Shown piece by piece: positions 41,909 to 51,935 of a stretch of 64,000 nt of DNA; the first letter of the stretch is position 1, and each line of letters starts with the position of its first letter. Source of the DNA: an uncultured Acidobacteriota bacterium. Its GTDB lineage: Bacteria; Acidobacteriota; Blastocatellia; RBC074. The stretch spans positions 18,587-82,586 of the forward strand of contig CAIOZW010000046.1 of NCBI GenBank assembly GCA_903862855.1. Reading direction: 5' to 3'. The notes under the pieces are model-generated. The model saw only the letters and a program-made list of their open reading frames with translations. It was not told the origin of the DNA and ran no database searches. Position numbers and translations under genes: made by a program.

Positions 41909-44536
41909 TCAGGCCAGCGCGATATCGAACTGCTCCTGATGAACAGTTGGATCGCTCTTGATCGTCACTACACCACCAAGATAGGCCTCAACCTCGTTCA
42001 GGATGTCACGCTCTGAGGAGCGCAGTGCCTTCGCCACATCCGGATTGACTCGCAGAATGACCTCATTGTGGCTGTCGACGCTCTTCGAGACACGCCTTGC
42101 CTCGGCGAGAATCTCATAGCAGATGGTCTGGGCACTCTTGATCATTCCACCACCGCCGCAATAGTGGCAGGGCGTACAGAGCGTCCTCTCCAGCGACTGC
42201 TTGACCCTCTTGCGGGTGATCGCCACCAGCCCAAAGTCGTTGAACTGCAGAATCTTCGAAGGTGAGCGGTCGTTCTTCAGCTCCATCTCCAGAGCCTGCA
42301 TGACCTTCTGCCGATTGCGCCGCTCCTCCATATCGATAAAGTCGAGCACAATGATACCACCAAGATCACGCAGGCGAATCTGGCGGACGATCTCCTTGGC
42401 CGCCTCGAGATTGGTCTTGACGATCGTGTCCTCGAGCCGGTTCGACTTGCCGACAAACTTGCCGGTATTGACGTCGATGGCCACCAGCGCCTCGGTCTGG
42501 TTGATGACGATGTATCCGCCAGATTTCAACCAGACGCGTGGCTTGACAGCCTTGTCGATCTCTCCTTGAATGCCATAATGTTCGAGGATCGGGGTCTCAC
42601 GGGTATAGAGCTTGACCCGATTGACCAGCTTCGGAGCAAAGCGATTGACGAAATCGACAATCCGCTCATACTCAAACTCATTATCGACCCGGATGGCCGA
42701 GAACTCGGTCGAGAGCTGATCACGCAGAATGCGCTGGATCAGGTCAAGATCACGATGGACGATCGTCGAGGCCTTCATCCGCTCTGAGCGGCGTCGAATC
42801 TCGGTCCACGTTCTGATAAGGTACTGCATGTCCTCACGCAGCTCCTCGGTCGGGCAGCCATTGGCCGCCGTCCGCACAATGAACCCGCCGCTTGCCCCGG
42901 CCTCGGCACGCAGGGTGTGAAGAGTCCGCTTCAGCCGCTGCCGCTCGTCATCCGTCCCGATCTTCCTGGAGACACCAATGTGCTCAACCGTCGGCATATA
43001 GACAATGTACCGTCCGGGCAACGCGATGTGTGAAGTGATCCGCGCCCCCTTCTGTCCAATCGGCTCCTTGGCGATCTGGACGATTATCTCCTGTCCCTCG
43101 CGCAGAAGATCGGAGATGACCGGTCGATGATACCGCTCGGTCGTGCGGGCTGCAGGCATGGGAACCGTTATCGTTGGCTCCTCTGCCTCAGCCGGAGCCG
43201 GGGCTTCCCCCTCACCACCCTCTTCACCACGCGGGCGATAATTTCGTCGACGGCCACGTCCCCCCCGCCGAGTGGCAAACTCACCACGGCGCGGCTTCTG
43301 CCGAACTACGGCCTCTGCATCCTCGAGTGGCTCCTCGCTGCCAGCCGACTCCTCGATCGTCTCTGCCTGCACCGGAATCTCCTCACTCAGTGCCGTGGTT
43401 CCGGAATCATCACTCTCCCCATCATCACTGATACGCTCCAGCTCGGAGCCAACCGGAAGATTGGATTGGAGGGAGCCTACTGTCACATCGGGAGTCGGCT
43501 CAACTTCAACCAGAGAGACTCGCCGCTCCTCTTCGTGAATCCTTCCGGAGATGCGATCCTGCATGATCGCATCCTTGAGCATCTCCCCGTCAACGAGACC
43601 TGACTCGTCATCGATGATCCGCTCGAGCGGTTCGTGATGAGAGAGAACAAGTTGAGCAAGTGTGCCTACCTTGACCCCCGTCTCATCATCATCCTCGGCG
43701 TCGGCTGAAACACTATCCCGCCCATCCAGGTCTGCCCCGGATGTCGCAAGTCCTGCGCCCTGCTCATCCTCCCCAGCCTCAGACTGACGTCGGCGCCGCG
43801 GACGCCGTCTCCGCCGGCCACCTCCAAACTCCTCGTCACCTTCGCCGCGCCTCTCCGACCCGGCCTCTCTTTGAGCCTCGGATTCACCAGCGCTCTCGGC
43901 CTCTTCCTCTCCGCCTGCAGTGACAGCCGGCGCCTCCGCTGGAGCCTCCTCGCCATAGCTCAGTCGCCGCTGCCGCCGCTGGCGTGACGAGTGCTTTCCA
44001 CCCTCCCGGGCCGGACGCCGGTTCTCGCCAGCCTCCCCCATGCCCGCTGCCTCTTCGGTCAGTTCATCATCGGGCAGACTCTCGAGCACCGGCTCCTCGG
44101 CAATCTCCTCGATATGACCGATCGCGGCATTGAGATCGATCTCTTTCTCTTCATCACCTGCTGCCGTCTGGGACTCATATCGTGACGAATCACGCTGTCC
44201 CCTTCCTCTTTCGCTCCGCTCACCTCGCTCAGAGTGACGATCTGACCTTCCCGGCCCTCGTCCGGACTCCTTCTTCTCGTCCCCTGCTCCCTCATCAAGA
44301 TCATCCTCATCAAAGAAGTCCGAGACATACAGAAACGAATCCCGCTCGAGACCGATGTCGACAAATGCCGACTGCATACCGGGCAGAACCTTCATCACCC
44401 GACCCTTGTATATATTGCCAACTATCCCCTGGTTCTCATCACCGCGTTCAACATAGAACTCCGTGACCAGATCATCCTCGACAATGGCAATCTTCTTTTC
44501 GCGTCCATTGACGCTGACTATTAATTCTTTGGACAT
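41909..44536 (-). CDS. rne: Ribonuclease E/G family endoribonuclease with a ~390 aa low-complexity acidic/Arg-rich insertion inside the S1 domain.
   Basis: S1 N-part IYKGRVMKVLPGMQSAFVDIGLERDSFLYVSDF, then ~390 aa rich in E/D/R/G/S. S1 then resumes at LREGQEIIVQIAKEPIGQKGARITSHIALPGRYIVYMP, followed by the RNase H-like/DNase I-like catalytic core and CPxCxGxG. Confidence 0.8.
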   Translation of the reverse strand: MSKELIVSVNGREKKIAIVEDDLVTEFYVERGDENQGIVGNIYKGRVMKVLPGMQSAFVDIGLERDSFLYVSDFFDEDDLDEGAGDEKKESGRGPGRSDRHSERGERSERGRGQRDSSRYESQTAAGDEEKEIDLNAAIGHIEEIAEEPVLESLPDDELTEEAAGMGEAGENRRPAREGGKHSSRQRRQRRLSYGEEAPAEAPAVTAGGEEEAESAGESEAQREAGSERRGEGDEEFGGGRRRRRPRRRRQSEAGEDEQGAGLATSGADLDGRDSVSADAEDDDETGVKVGTLAQLVLSHHEPLERIIDDESGLVDGEMLKDAIMQDRISGRIHEEERRVSLVEVEPTPDVTVGSLQSNLPVGSELERISDDGESDDSGTTALSEEIPVQAETIEESAGSEEPLEDAEAVVRQKPRRGEFATRRGGRGRRRNYRPRGEEGGEGEAPAPAEAEEPTITVPMPAARTTERYHRPVISDLLREGQEIIVQIAKEPIGQKGARITSHIALPGRYIVYMPTVEHIGVSRKIGTDDERQRLKRTLHTLRAEAGASGGFIVRTAANGCPTEELREDMQYLIRTWTEIRRRSERMKASTIVHRDLDLIQRILRDQLSTEFSAIRVDNEFEYERIVDFVNRFAPKLVNRVKLYTRETPILEHYGIQGEIDKAVKPRVWLKSGGYIVINQTEALVAIDVNTGKFVGKSNRLEDTIVKTNLEAAKEIVRQIRLRDLGGIIVLDFIDMEERRNRQKVMQALEMELKNDRSPSKILQFNDFGLVAITRKRVKQSLERTLCTPCHYCGGGGMIKSAQTICYEILAEARRVSKSVDSHNEVILRVNPDVAKALRSSERDILNEVEAYLGGVVTIKSDPTVHQEQFDIALA

Positions 44537-44645
44537 TTATATCTCCTGTTTGATACGGAGGGGAGGAGGGGCTGACGTCGCTGCCACTCTCCTCCCAATC
44601 GAATATATGTTTTCAAATATGATGTCTGCACCAGCCGGTCAATCG

Positions 44646-45821
44646 TCAATTGACGAAACGGCGCAGACGGACGTTGATCGCCAGGCCCAGCCCAAAGAAG
44701 GTGGCGATGACCGATGTTGAGCCATGGCTCATCAGTGGCAGCGGTATCCCCATAATCGGCAGCAATCTGAGCACCATTCCTACATTTACCGTCACGTGAT
44801 AAAGCAACAGGACGGCGAACCCGGTCACCAGAAAACTGCCCAGTCGCTCGCTGGCATCACTGGCAATCCAAATCAACCGGAGAATGATGAAAAGATAGCC
44901 GAACAGAACCAGGGAGGCTCCAACAAATCCCCATTCTTCACTGGCCACGGCATAGATAAAATCGTTATGAACCTCGGGCACGAAACCCAACGTCCCCTGG
45001 GTGCTTCCACGCAACCCCTTCCCGTAAATGCCTCCGGAGCCAACAGCAATCTCTGCCTGATCGTTCTGGTAACGAAAGCGCTTCCCGGCCAGTTCAGGCC
45101 AGTAGACAGCTCTGATCCGCTCGCACTTATATCCACTGCAGCTCTTCAGGTATGGGATTACACGCAGCGGGAAGACCAGTGCTGTCACAATCAGGATCGT
45201 CACCAGACCAGCGACAATCCAGCGCCAGTTGATCGCCAGAAGGAGGAACATTCCTCCCAGAAATGAGATATAACTGAGTGCGCTTCCCGTGTCATTCTCG
45301 AGATACACGAGCCCTGTCGGCAGAGCCCAGATCAGGATTATCTTCACCCAGGGAAAGATCCACCTGACCACTATCTCCTCCAGAATCAACTTGGCCGGCC
45401 AACTCTTCATACTTCGAAGATCGACCTGCGGAATTCTGAATCTGGACAAATACGACGCCAGATAGACGATCGTAAAAAGTTTGGCAAACTCGGATGGCTG
45501 AAACCCGACCGGACCAAGATCGAGCCAGTTCTGATTGCCGTTGACCTTTTTTCCAAGAGGTGTCAAAACAAGGCCAAGCAGAAAAACCCCGATCCAGTAA
45601 AGAATCAATCCATAGTGATTCGCAATGATCCGGTAATCGATCGTCGTCGTCACGAGGATGGCGACGAGACCGATGATGATCCCGACGAGCTGCCTTTTCC
45701 AGAGCCCGGAGACAGGCTCCGCGCTCGAGATCTCCAACAACCCAAATGAGGCGATCATGACCGCCACAGTGAGCAGCTTCCAGTCAAAGTCCTTTATGTA
45801 ACGTCGATTGACCGCAAACAT
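44646..45821 (-). CDS. rodA: Rod shape-determining protein RodA (SEDS family).
   Basis: FtsW/RodA/SpoVE 10-TM topology and conserved motifs. Last gene of the mre-mrd operon. Confidence 0.85.
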   Translation of the reverse strand: MFAVNRRYIKDFDWKLLTVAVMIASFGLLEISSAEPVSGLWKRQLVGIIIGLVAILVTTTIDYRIIANHYGLILYWIGVFLLGLVLTPLGKKVNGNQNWLDLGPVGFQPSEFAKLFTIVYLASYLSRFRIPQVDLRSMKSWPAKLILEEIVVRWIFPWVKIILIWALPTGLVYLENDTGSALSYISFLGGMFLLLAINWRWIVAGLVTILIVTALVFPLRVIPYLKSCSGYKCERIRAVYWPELAGKRFRYQNDQAEIAVGSGGIYGKGLRGSTQGTLGFVPEVHNDFIYAVASEEWGFVGASLVLFGYLFIILRLIWIASDASERLGSFLVTGFAVLLLYHVTVNVGMVLRLLPIMGIPLPLMSHGSTSVIATFFGLGLAINVRLRRFVN

Positions 45822-45831
45822 ACTCAGTCGA

Positions 45832-47880
45832 TCAGCGCCGGGACGGCAGTCCGGTCGCCGGCCTCTTCTCCCCTTCTCCGGAGATAGAATCCCCGGGAGT
45901 ATTCTCCTTGGTCAGGTCACCTTCACTCACGAGAGGTGGCAGTCCTCGCGTCCGACGATAGTACTCTTCATAGATCGGGCGCGCCCGTGGCGCTGACTGT
46001 TTCCCGCCAAACCCGGCATTCTCGGTCAGGATGACCATGGCCAGCTCCGGATTGTCTCGTGGAGCAAAACTCATGAACCAGGCATGATCTTTGTTCTTTG
46101 CTCCGGCCTTGTCATTTGAAGCGACCTGCGCGGTGCCGGTCTTGCCACAGACATCGAAACCAGGAATCGCCGCGGCCGCCGCGGTTCCGGAACCATTGAC
46201 CGCCTGCCACATTCCACGACGGACGATCTCCTGTATCTCCGGGCTCATTGGGACGACATAGGTTCCCTTATCAATATAGTAGGTCTCATTTTGTAGTCGA
46301 CCAAAGCGGTCGGTGCCGCCAGCGGCACGCTTCAGCAGATGCGGAGTATGCATCTGCCCTCCGATCGACAGACCGGCAACGTAACGCAGCAGCTGGATCG
46401 GAGTCGATGCATTGGTTCCCTGCCCAAATGACGATGCGGCCATGTCGTAGTCTGTCCAGTGCGACTCACGCCGTACCAGCTCATCGTCCTTTTCGGACCA
46501 TACTCCACCCTGGTCGAGTTTGCGACGCTTCAGCACATTGCGGGTAATGTTCTCCTTGACTGAGCGCGTCGGGGGCAGCCCGCTCGATTCCCGCGGCAGG
46601 TCGATGCCGGTCTTCTCACCAAACTTGAAGAGTTTGACCCATTTCTCGAAACGGTCAACTCCCAGCTTGATCCCCAGACGATAGTAGTAACCGTCAGCCG
46701 AGAGGGCGATGGCCGTCACGACATCGGGCATCCCGAGATTGGAGAGAGAGTTCATAAAGTAGTTGCCAAGCTGAATCCCCCCATCCTGCACCCGTGAGTC
46801 ATCAGGAGTGATCACATTTTCATTGAGTGCGGCCACCGACGTCAACAACTTCCAAGTCGAACCGGGCGGGTAACTGCCCTGAATGGCCCGATTATAGAGC
46901 GGTTTATCCGGATCCTCATAGAGATCACGGATCTCTTCGCGCCCCTCGTTTGTCTTGGCTCGTACCGAGAAGAGATTTGGATCGAAGGCCGGATGTGAGA
47001 CCAGGGCGAGAATCTCTCCGTTTCGCGGATCTGAAACGATGATCACCCCACGATCTGCCGGCATCGATGTTGTCTGCGCTTCGGCCATCCGCTGGATCCG
47101 CATATCGATCGTTGCATAGAGATCACGACCCGGGACAGGCGGCTTGACGCTGATCTCACGCTGGATTCTCCCCACACTGTCAACAATTACCGTCCGTTCA
47201 CCATCCTGTCCGCTCAGTATCTCATTGTAGGTGCGCTCGATGCCTGCCTTGCCGACGATATCGCCAAGCTTGAACCCATTCTCCTTTGAGAACGGAGACT
47301 TGGTATCGTTGAGCTCACTCCGGCTCACCTCACCAACATAACCGATGACGTGGGCAGCAACCATTCCGAGCGGATAGGACCGACGGGGCGCCTCCTCAAA
47401 ACGAATCATCGGATATTCATACCGATGGGCCTCGACCCAGGCGACATCTGACGGCGAGGCCATCTCTTTGACGACGATCGATTCGTATTTTGGCTCGAAC
47501 TTTGCGTTCTCAAAACGCCTCTTCAACCACTCGCGGTCGATGGTCAGATTCACGGTCAGCATATCGGCAATGTCGTCGATGTCTCGAACATCCTTGCGAC
47601 TGATGACGATATTGTAGGATGGCTGACTGGTCGCGAGGATCTCGCCATTGCGGTCAAAGATCGTGCCGCGACGCGCCTGAATCGACAGCACTCTCGTGCG
47701 ATTCTGCTCAGCCCGCTCGATGAACAGCTCATTGTTCATGACCTGGAGATACCAGAGTCGACCGATCAGGATCACAAAGATCACGATAGCCAGAACATAA
47801 AAGAGAGAGATACGCCTTCCAAGCTGTCCCGGACTTCGAGACAGATCATCAATCTCCAGATTAGGTTCCCTAGTGAGCAT
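45832..47880 (-). CDS. mrdA: Penicillin-binding protein 2 (elongasome transpeptidase).
   Basis: N-terminal TM, PBP dimerisation domain, and transpeptidase SxxK/SxN/KTG motifs. Synteny between mreD and rodA. Confidence 0.85.
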   Translation of the reverse strand: MLTREPNLEIDDLSRSPGQLGRRISLFYVLAIVIFVILIGRLWYLQVMNNELFIERAEQNRTRVLSIQARRGTIFDRNGEILATSQPSYNIVISRKDVRDIDDIADMLTVNLTIDREWLKRRFENAKFEPKYESIVVKEMASPSDVAWVEAHRYEYPMIRFEEAPRRSYPLGMVAAHVIGYVGEVSRSELNDTKSPFSKENGFKLGDIVGKAGIERTYNEILSGQDGERTVIVDSVGRIQREISVKPPVPGRDLYATIDMRIQRMAEAQTTSMPADRGVIIVSDPRNGEILALVSHPAFDPNLFSVRAKTNEGREEIRDLYEDPDKPLYNRAIQGSYPPGSTWKLLTSVAALNENVITPDDSRVQDGGIQLGNYFMNSLSNLGMPDVVTAIALSADGYYYRLGIKLGVDRFEKWVKLFKFGEKTGIDLPRESSGLPPTRSVKENITRNVLKRRKLDQGGVWSEKDDELVRRESHWTDYDMAASSFGQGTNASTPIQLLRYVAGLSIGGQMHTPHLLKRAAGGTDRFGRLQNETYYIDKGTYVVPMSPEIQEIVRRGMWQAVNGSGTAAAAAIPGFDVCGKTGTAQVASNDKAGAKNKDHAWFMSFAPRDNPELAMVILTENAGFGGKQSAPRARPIYEEYYRRTRGLPPLVSEGDLTKENTPGDSISGEGEKRPATGLPSRR

Positions 47881-47996
47881 AATTTATGATCCCCTGCAGT
47901 CCACTTGATCCATATGAAACTTCAGAAATGTTGAAACATCAGAAATGGACAGATCAGGGTAGTCAGCCGTTCAAGGGCGAACCCTCCTTGCGCCGT

Positions 47997-48563
47997 TTAC
48001 AACCGGCGCCGTCGGGCCCCATCACGTCTGCGCTGCATATTGTCAGCACGGTGATAAACTCGATCCAGTATGATGTAGAGCAGAGTCGAAGCGATCAGAT
48101 GAGCGAGGATTGCAAAGATGAAGAAGGCCGCCAACCTTTGCCCACCTGCGAGGGCCGGAAAAGACAGCTTGAGAATGGCATAAAAGATGAGCCGGAGACT
48201 GGTGTTGATGAGTGTTGATACCGTGACGGCAATAAATCTTACCAGCAGGTTGTCAACGATGATCAGTACCGCGATGCTGTGCGTAACATATGCGGCGAGC
48301 ACATAAGACAACCCGCTCACCCCAGCCATACTGGCACCGGTCATTGAGTCGTAGAGGAGACCGGCCACGACGCCCGTCAACATTGCCCGCACCGGATCGC
48401 GTCTCAATCCGATATAGACGGTCACCAGCAACAACCAGTCGACTTGGCCAGTCCATTGGCCAATCGACTCCGGAATGATCCGGATCAGCGTCGTCTGCAC
48501 GAAGACCGCTCCAAGCAGAGAGACGAATATTACCAGTGTCTTCCAGCTATTCTCTTTCTCCAA
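47997..48563 (-). CDS. mreD: Rod shape-determining protein MreD.
   Basis: Small polytopic membrane protein in the mreC-mreD-mrdA position. Confidence 0.7.
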   Translation of the reverse strand: MEKENSWKTLVIFVSLLGAVFVQTTLIRIIPESIGQWTGQVDWLLLVTVYIGLRRDPVRAMLTGVVAGLLYDSMTGASMAGVSGLSYVLAAYVTHSIAVLIIVDNLLVRFIAVTVSTLINTSLRLIFYAILKLSFPALAGGQRLAAFFIFAILAHLIASTLLYIILDRVYHRADNMQRRRDGARRRRL

Positions 48564-48786
48564 CGATTTCGTTCCATCGATTCTGATACATCAATTCTGT
48601 ACTGATCCAGTCTGGCAGTTGATCGACTCGACCGGGTCAACCCGACCCGAGTGATCACGCCTGAGCAATAAAGGTAGAGACCTCTTTCAGATCAGTCGTC
48701 CATACCTGCAAGCAATCTCAGGCACTCTGTTACAGCGGAGAGTAGGGTATGGACAAAGTATTTCAACGATAAAGTTTCAGCGGAGG

Positions 48787-49710
48787 CTATTTTTTACTTG
48801 CCGCCTCGGCCTCCTGTCTCTTCTCTTCCGCCTCGACCAATTTGGCGGCGGCACGAATCTGATCACCAGTGACCTGAAGCACAGAGACGAGGTCGAGACG
48901 ATCGAGTGCCGCTGCCGGTGCGATCACGTTCCGCTGCTGAGTTGAAGCAGACTTGTCGACCGGATTGGCGACTCGTCCGACCAGCAGGCCCCGGGGATAG
49001 AGCCCATCCTGTCCCGAGGTGACGACCGTTTGGCCATTTTCGAGAAGGACCGGTGTAGTCAAAAAGTCCATCTCGCAGTAGAAGTTGTCACGGATGCCAC
49101 GGATCACCCCATAATGATCAACTCCAGGGACTTTGGTAATCAGGGCTCCAGAACCGTGGCGCTCATCAGTGATCAGAAGAACCCGCGAGGATAACGTGGT
49201 GACCAGAATCACCCGACCGACCAGGCCGGTGGCATCAACGACCGGCTGATCCTTCTGGATGCCATGAAATGAGCCTTTGTCAATGATCACCGTTCCGAAG
49301 AGGTGATTGACGTCACGGGAGACGACCCGTGCCGTGATTCTCTGATAACCATCGTAGTTTGTCGTCTCGAGCAGATTTTGCAGATTACGATACTCTGCCA
49401 GCTTCTCACGCAGCCGGACCATCTCCGAATCGATCCGAACCAGATCGGTCTTCAACTGCCGGTTCTCTTCGCTCACCCCACGCAGATCGATGTATCGCTG
49501 CCACAGTCCAGCTACCATGGAACGACCACCGCTGACACCCGACCCAAGCAGGGTGACTGGAATGAAGACGACCCTCTGGATGATCCGCAGGTCGGGACGA
49601 TCAGACGAACGATTGAATGAGATCAGAATCAGGTGAAAGATGATGAGAAACCCAAAGAGCAGATTGGGGTTCTTTTTCGCCCGTTCCTTCGCTTTATCCG
49701 TGATCGACAA
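48787..49710 (-). CDS. mreC: Rod shape-determining protein MreC.
   Basis: N-terminal TM, coiled-coil (ENRQLKTDLVRIDSEMVRLREKLAEY) and MreC beta-domains. Confidence 0.8.
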   Translation of the reverse strand: MSITDKAKERAKKNPNLLFGFLIIFHLILISFNRSSDRPDLRIIQRVVFIPVTLLGSGVSGGRSMVAGLWQRYIDLRGVSEENRQLKTDLVRIDSEMVRLREKLAEYRNLQNLLETTNYDGYQRITARVVSRDVNHLFGTVIIDKGSFHGIQKDQPVVDATGLVGRVILVTTLSSRVLLITDERHGSGALITKVPGVDHYGVIRGIRDNFYCEMDFLTTPVLLENGQTVVTSGQDGLYPRGLLVGRVANPVDKSASTQQRNVIAPAAALDRLDLVSVLQVTGDQIRAAAKLVEAEEKRQEAEAASKK

Positions 49711-49798
49711 TACTATTCCTTAAGAGATCTTCTCATCCTGTCCCGCATCCCGACCCACAGTCAGGTATCCGCAACTCGCACTATGGTCTGAAAGCTGG

Positions 49799-50839
49799 CT
49801 AGGGTAAAAGTCCCCCGTCCCAGCGGACACGTTTCAAAAGCTGAAAATCAGAGAGCATGTTCCCTGCCCCAAGAACCACCGAGGAGAGCGGATCCTCAGC
49901 CTTGGAGACCGGCAGACCGGTCTCGTTCATGATCCTCACGTCGAGATTCTTGAGCAACGCCCCGCCGCCCGTCAGAACGATTCCCCGGTCGACGATGTCG
50001 GCAGAGAGCTCGGGGGGAGTCCGCTCGAGCGCCACCCGAATGGCATTGACAATCGTCGCCACCGAGTCGGAGAGGGCCTCACGAATGTCGTCATCGGTCA
50101 CGACTACCGTCTTTGGTATGCCCTCGATGATATTTCGCCCCTTGATCTCCATCGACAAGGGCTCATCGAGCTTCCAGGCTGAACCGAGTTCGATCTTCAC
50201 CTGCTCGGCAGTCCGTTCGCCGATGAGCAGGTTGAACCTGCGCTTGCAGTACTGGGCGATCGACTCGTCCATCTCGTTTCCGGCAACCCGGACGCTCTTC
50301 GAGTAGACGATTCCAGAGAGGGAGATGACGGCGATATCGGTCGTCCCGCCCCCGATGTCGACAATCATGTTGCCGTAGGGTTCAGTGATTGGCATCCCGG
50401 CGCCAATCGCGGCCGCCATAGCCTCCTCAACCAGGTAGACTTCGGAGGCCTTGGCCCGGTAGGCGCTGTCTTCAACCGCTCGCCGCTCAACCTGGGTAAT
50501 CTCTGAGGGTATGCCGATGACAATGCGCGGACTGACCCACTGCTTGCCATTGTGGGCCTGCTGGATGAAGTATTGAAGCATCTTCTCGGTAACTTCAAAG
50601 TCGGCAATAACCCCGTCCTTCATCGGACGGATGGCAACGATATTTCCCGGGGTGCGACCAAGCATCTCTTTGGCTTTGTTGCCAACAGCTTCCACTTTAT
50701 GGGTTACCTTATTGATGGCGACGATCGATGGCTCGGAGACGACAATTCCGCGTCCCCTTGCGTAGACCAGCGTATTGGCCGTACCCAGATCGATCGCCAG
50801 ATCACTTGAAAACAGACTGAAGATTGAACGTAGATTCAT
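49799..50839 (-). CDS. mreB: Rod shape-determining actin homologue MreB.
   Basis: IDLGTANTLVY ... actin/Hsp70-fold motifs. 346 aa. Confidence 0.9.
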   Translation of the reverse strand: MNLRSIFSLFSSDLAIDLGTANTLVYARGRGIVVSEPSIVAINKVTHKVEAVGNKAKEMLGRTPGNIVAIRPMKDGVIADFEVTEKMLQYFIQQAHNGKQWVSPRIVIGIPSEITQVERRAVEDSAYRAKASEVYLVEEAMAAAIGAGMPITEPYGNMIVDIGGGTTDIAVISLSGIVYSKSVRVAGNEMDESIAQYCKRRFNLLIGERTAEQVKIELGSAWKLDEPLSMEIKGRNIIEGIPKTVVVTDDDIREALSDSVATIVNAIRVALERTPPELSADIVDRGIVLTGGGALLKNLDVRIMNETGLPVSKAEDPLSSVVLGAGNMLSDFQLLKRVRWDGGLLP

Positions 50840-51459
50840 TTATGCGCTCTTAAAAATTCCTTCGAACCCGCCAAGTCTGGCCGTGTAAGGCTGGCGTGGG
50901 CCAGCGAGGATCAGTTCGTCAATATTGAAGTTTCAGGACAGGGGCCAGGCAGATCTAGAGGTGCCGGTTCCGATGATGACTTCATATGTTCTGCATAAGC
51001 TCTGAAACCGTGTCTGGTCTCCCAACTTACCAACAAACTGACTGGCATTACCACTTGGACATCACCCTCTACAAGTCAGGCTCGACATTTCCTGGTGTCA
51101 ATCACAAGCTCTAACGTGAATCATGAGCACCAATTTGACTCATGAGCATTAATGTAACAAATCAATGCTGCTAATGACCATTACTGTGCCTTACTATGGC
51201 TTAATGTAAACAATCATTAATGCAAGTAATAAGTATTATCGTAAATCACAAGGTGACAGGATAAACCATAATCAATGATATTTGAAGCTGTCAGAGAGAA
51301 AAGGTAAGCGAGGAGGAAAATTGTCTGCAGGAGAGGTTCAGACTGATCTGAAGTTGAGTCGGAACGGGAGTAGTGAAAGGAGCAGAGATGGGGATACAAG
51401 TCGCTTTTGTGCATCGCCCATCCCTTGACTCCGGGTTGTGAGATAACCAGCCCCAACTC

Positions 51460-51657
51460 TCAGGAGATGCTGTCATTGGCCGAGCTGAGCCGGGTATTGA
51501 TCTTGTTGAAGATTCCCGTGATGGTTGTCCCCATCGAGGTCAGAATGAAGATGGCCGCCGCACCGATCAGAACCAGCAGCAGCGAGTACTCGACAATATC
51601 CTGTCCATTCTCATCATTGATAAACGATATAAGCCGCGATTTATTCATTTGATCCAC
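51460..51657 (-). CDS. flp: Flp/Fap-family type IVb prepilin (orphan; no tad genes adjacent).
   Basis: Leader then G|QDIVEYSLLLVLIGAAAI: the Flp G/xxxxEY processing motif followed by a hydrophobic helix. 65 aa. Confidence 0.65.
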   Translation of the reverse strand: MDQMNKSRLISFINDENGQDIVEYSLLLVLIGAAAIFILTSMGTTITGIFNKINTRLSSANDSIS

Positions 51658-51935
51658 TCCCCTGCGATATTAATTGTCAGTAGTCAGCATCAATCTGGCG
51701 TTCGATCCGCACCCGAGCCGTCTCAACTACTGTGAGCCGTTGCCAAGCTCGGTAAATATGATTTGTGAGGGCCATCGAGGACTGACTCTCATTCGGCCAC
51801 GTAAAACGATCTCTTTGATTCAAAAAAGTACGGTTTTGATGCCACCACTTAATTAAAAAAGTGGCCTGGTAAATCAAGAATCACCTCGCCCTTATAGACT
51901 TGGAGACGGAGTGTGTGGGTGATTCTCGGCGAATG

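Noticed and set aside
51217-51476. Small minus-strand ORFs downstream of flp in the AT-rich region.
   Set aside because: AT-rich and repeat-laden, with no RBS. Likely promoter/terminator DNA.
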